DNA of 61,912 nt, the filler included. It is 3 parts of 3 records of this genome, joined end to end, with 100 filler letters (N's around TTAATTAATTAA, not from the genome) between each part and the next. Parts side by side here need not be neighbours in the genome. Positions count along the whole stretch, not along the records: positions 56,026 to 61,912 come from DRR378314_314; 2 more parts are not named here. One strand, 5' to 3'. Positions within the stretch are counted from its first letter, which is position 1. Each line of letters begins with the position of its first letter. A model generated the notes under the pieces. The model made no database searches, had not been told where the DNA came from, and saw only the letters and a list, made by a program, of their open reading frames with translations. A program made the position numbers and the translations under genes. Shown one piece after another: positions 61,855 through 61,912 of the stretch.

Positions 61855-61912
61855 GTACGCTGCTCTTGTCGCACGCTGCAGAGGCAGCTCGTCCATGTGG
61901 TTTTGCGAGTGC

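Noticed and set aside
1-61912. CRISPR array, transposase, integrase, prophage or rRNA
   Set aside because: None seen. The repeats present are coding repeats or isolated palindromes.

Overview
This window is not one locus. It is three unrelated contigs joined by artificial N44-TTAATTAATTAA-N44 spacers (29647-29746 and 55926-56025). Contig 1 (1-29646) looks alphaproteobacterial, of Rhodobacteraceae/Roseobacter type (inferred from gene content and promoter motifs). It carries partial acs, a flavin reductase, tamB/tamA, VOC and EamA genes, a phosphonate-monoester-hydrolase-like sulfatase-family enzyme and a five-gene peptide/nickel-type ABC importer. Next comes the main finding, a compact selenocysteine cassette: selA, selB, selC (tRNA-Sec, anticodon UCA), a thioredoxin-fused 520-aa protein and a hidden 173-aa selenoprotein. 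The ORF track splits the selenoprotein in two at an in-frame UGA (D-U-G-S-C-T-T-C), which is followed by a SECIS-like hairpin. The region around Sec resembles the GrdB/PrdB active-site region, and no selD is present. Downstream are a large RTX/DUF4214 secreted enzyme with LexA- and CtrA-type boxes upstream and a second ABC importer. Contig 2 (29747-55925) is gammaproteobacterial, probably Marinobacter-like, and mostly housekeeping (manB, pldA, cytochrome c5, rep, GGDEF-EAL, tex, gshA, dsbB, rsd, FKBP, ABC-F, ppx, trxA, moaEDB/moeA, rho). It also has a copper-radical oxidase with a partner predicted to begin with His, and palindromic repeats. Contig 3 (56026-61912) is an extremely GC-rich eukaryotic gene fragment with spliceosomal introns, encoding Sfi1-like 33-aa repeats and coiled coil. 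All family calls come from reading motifs by eye; no database searches were run.
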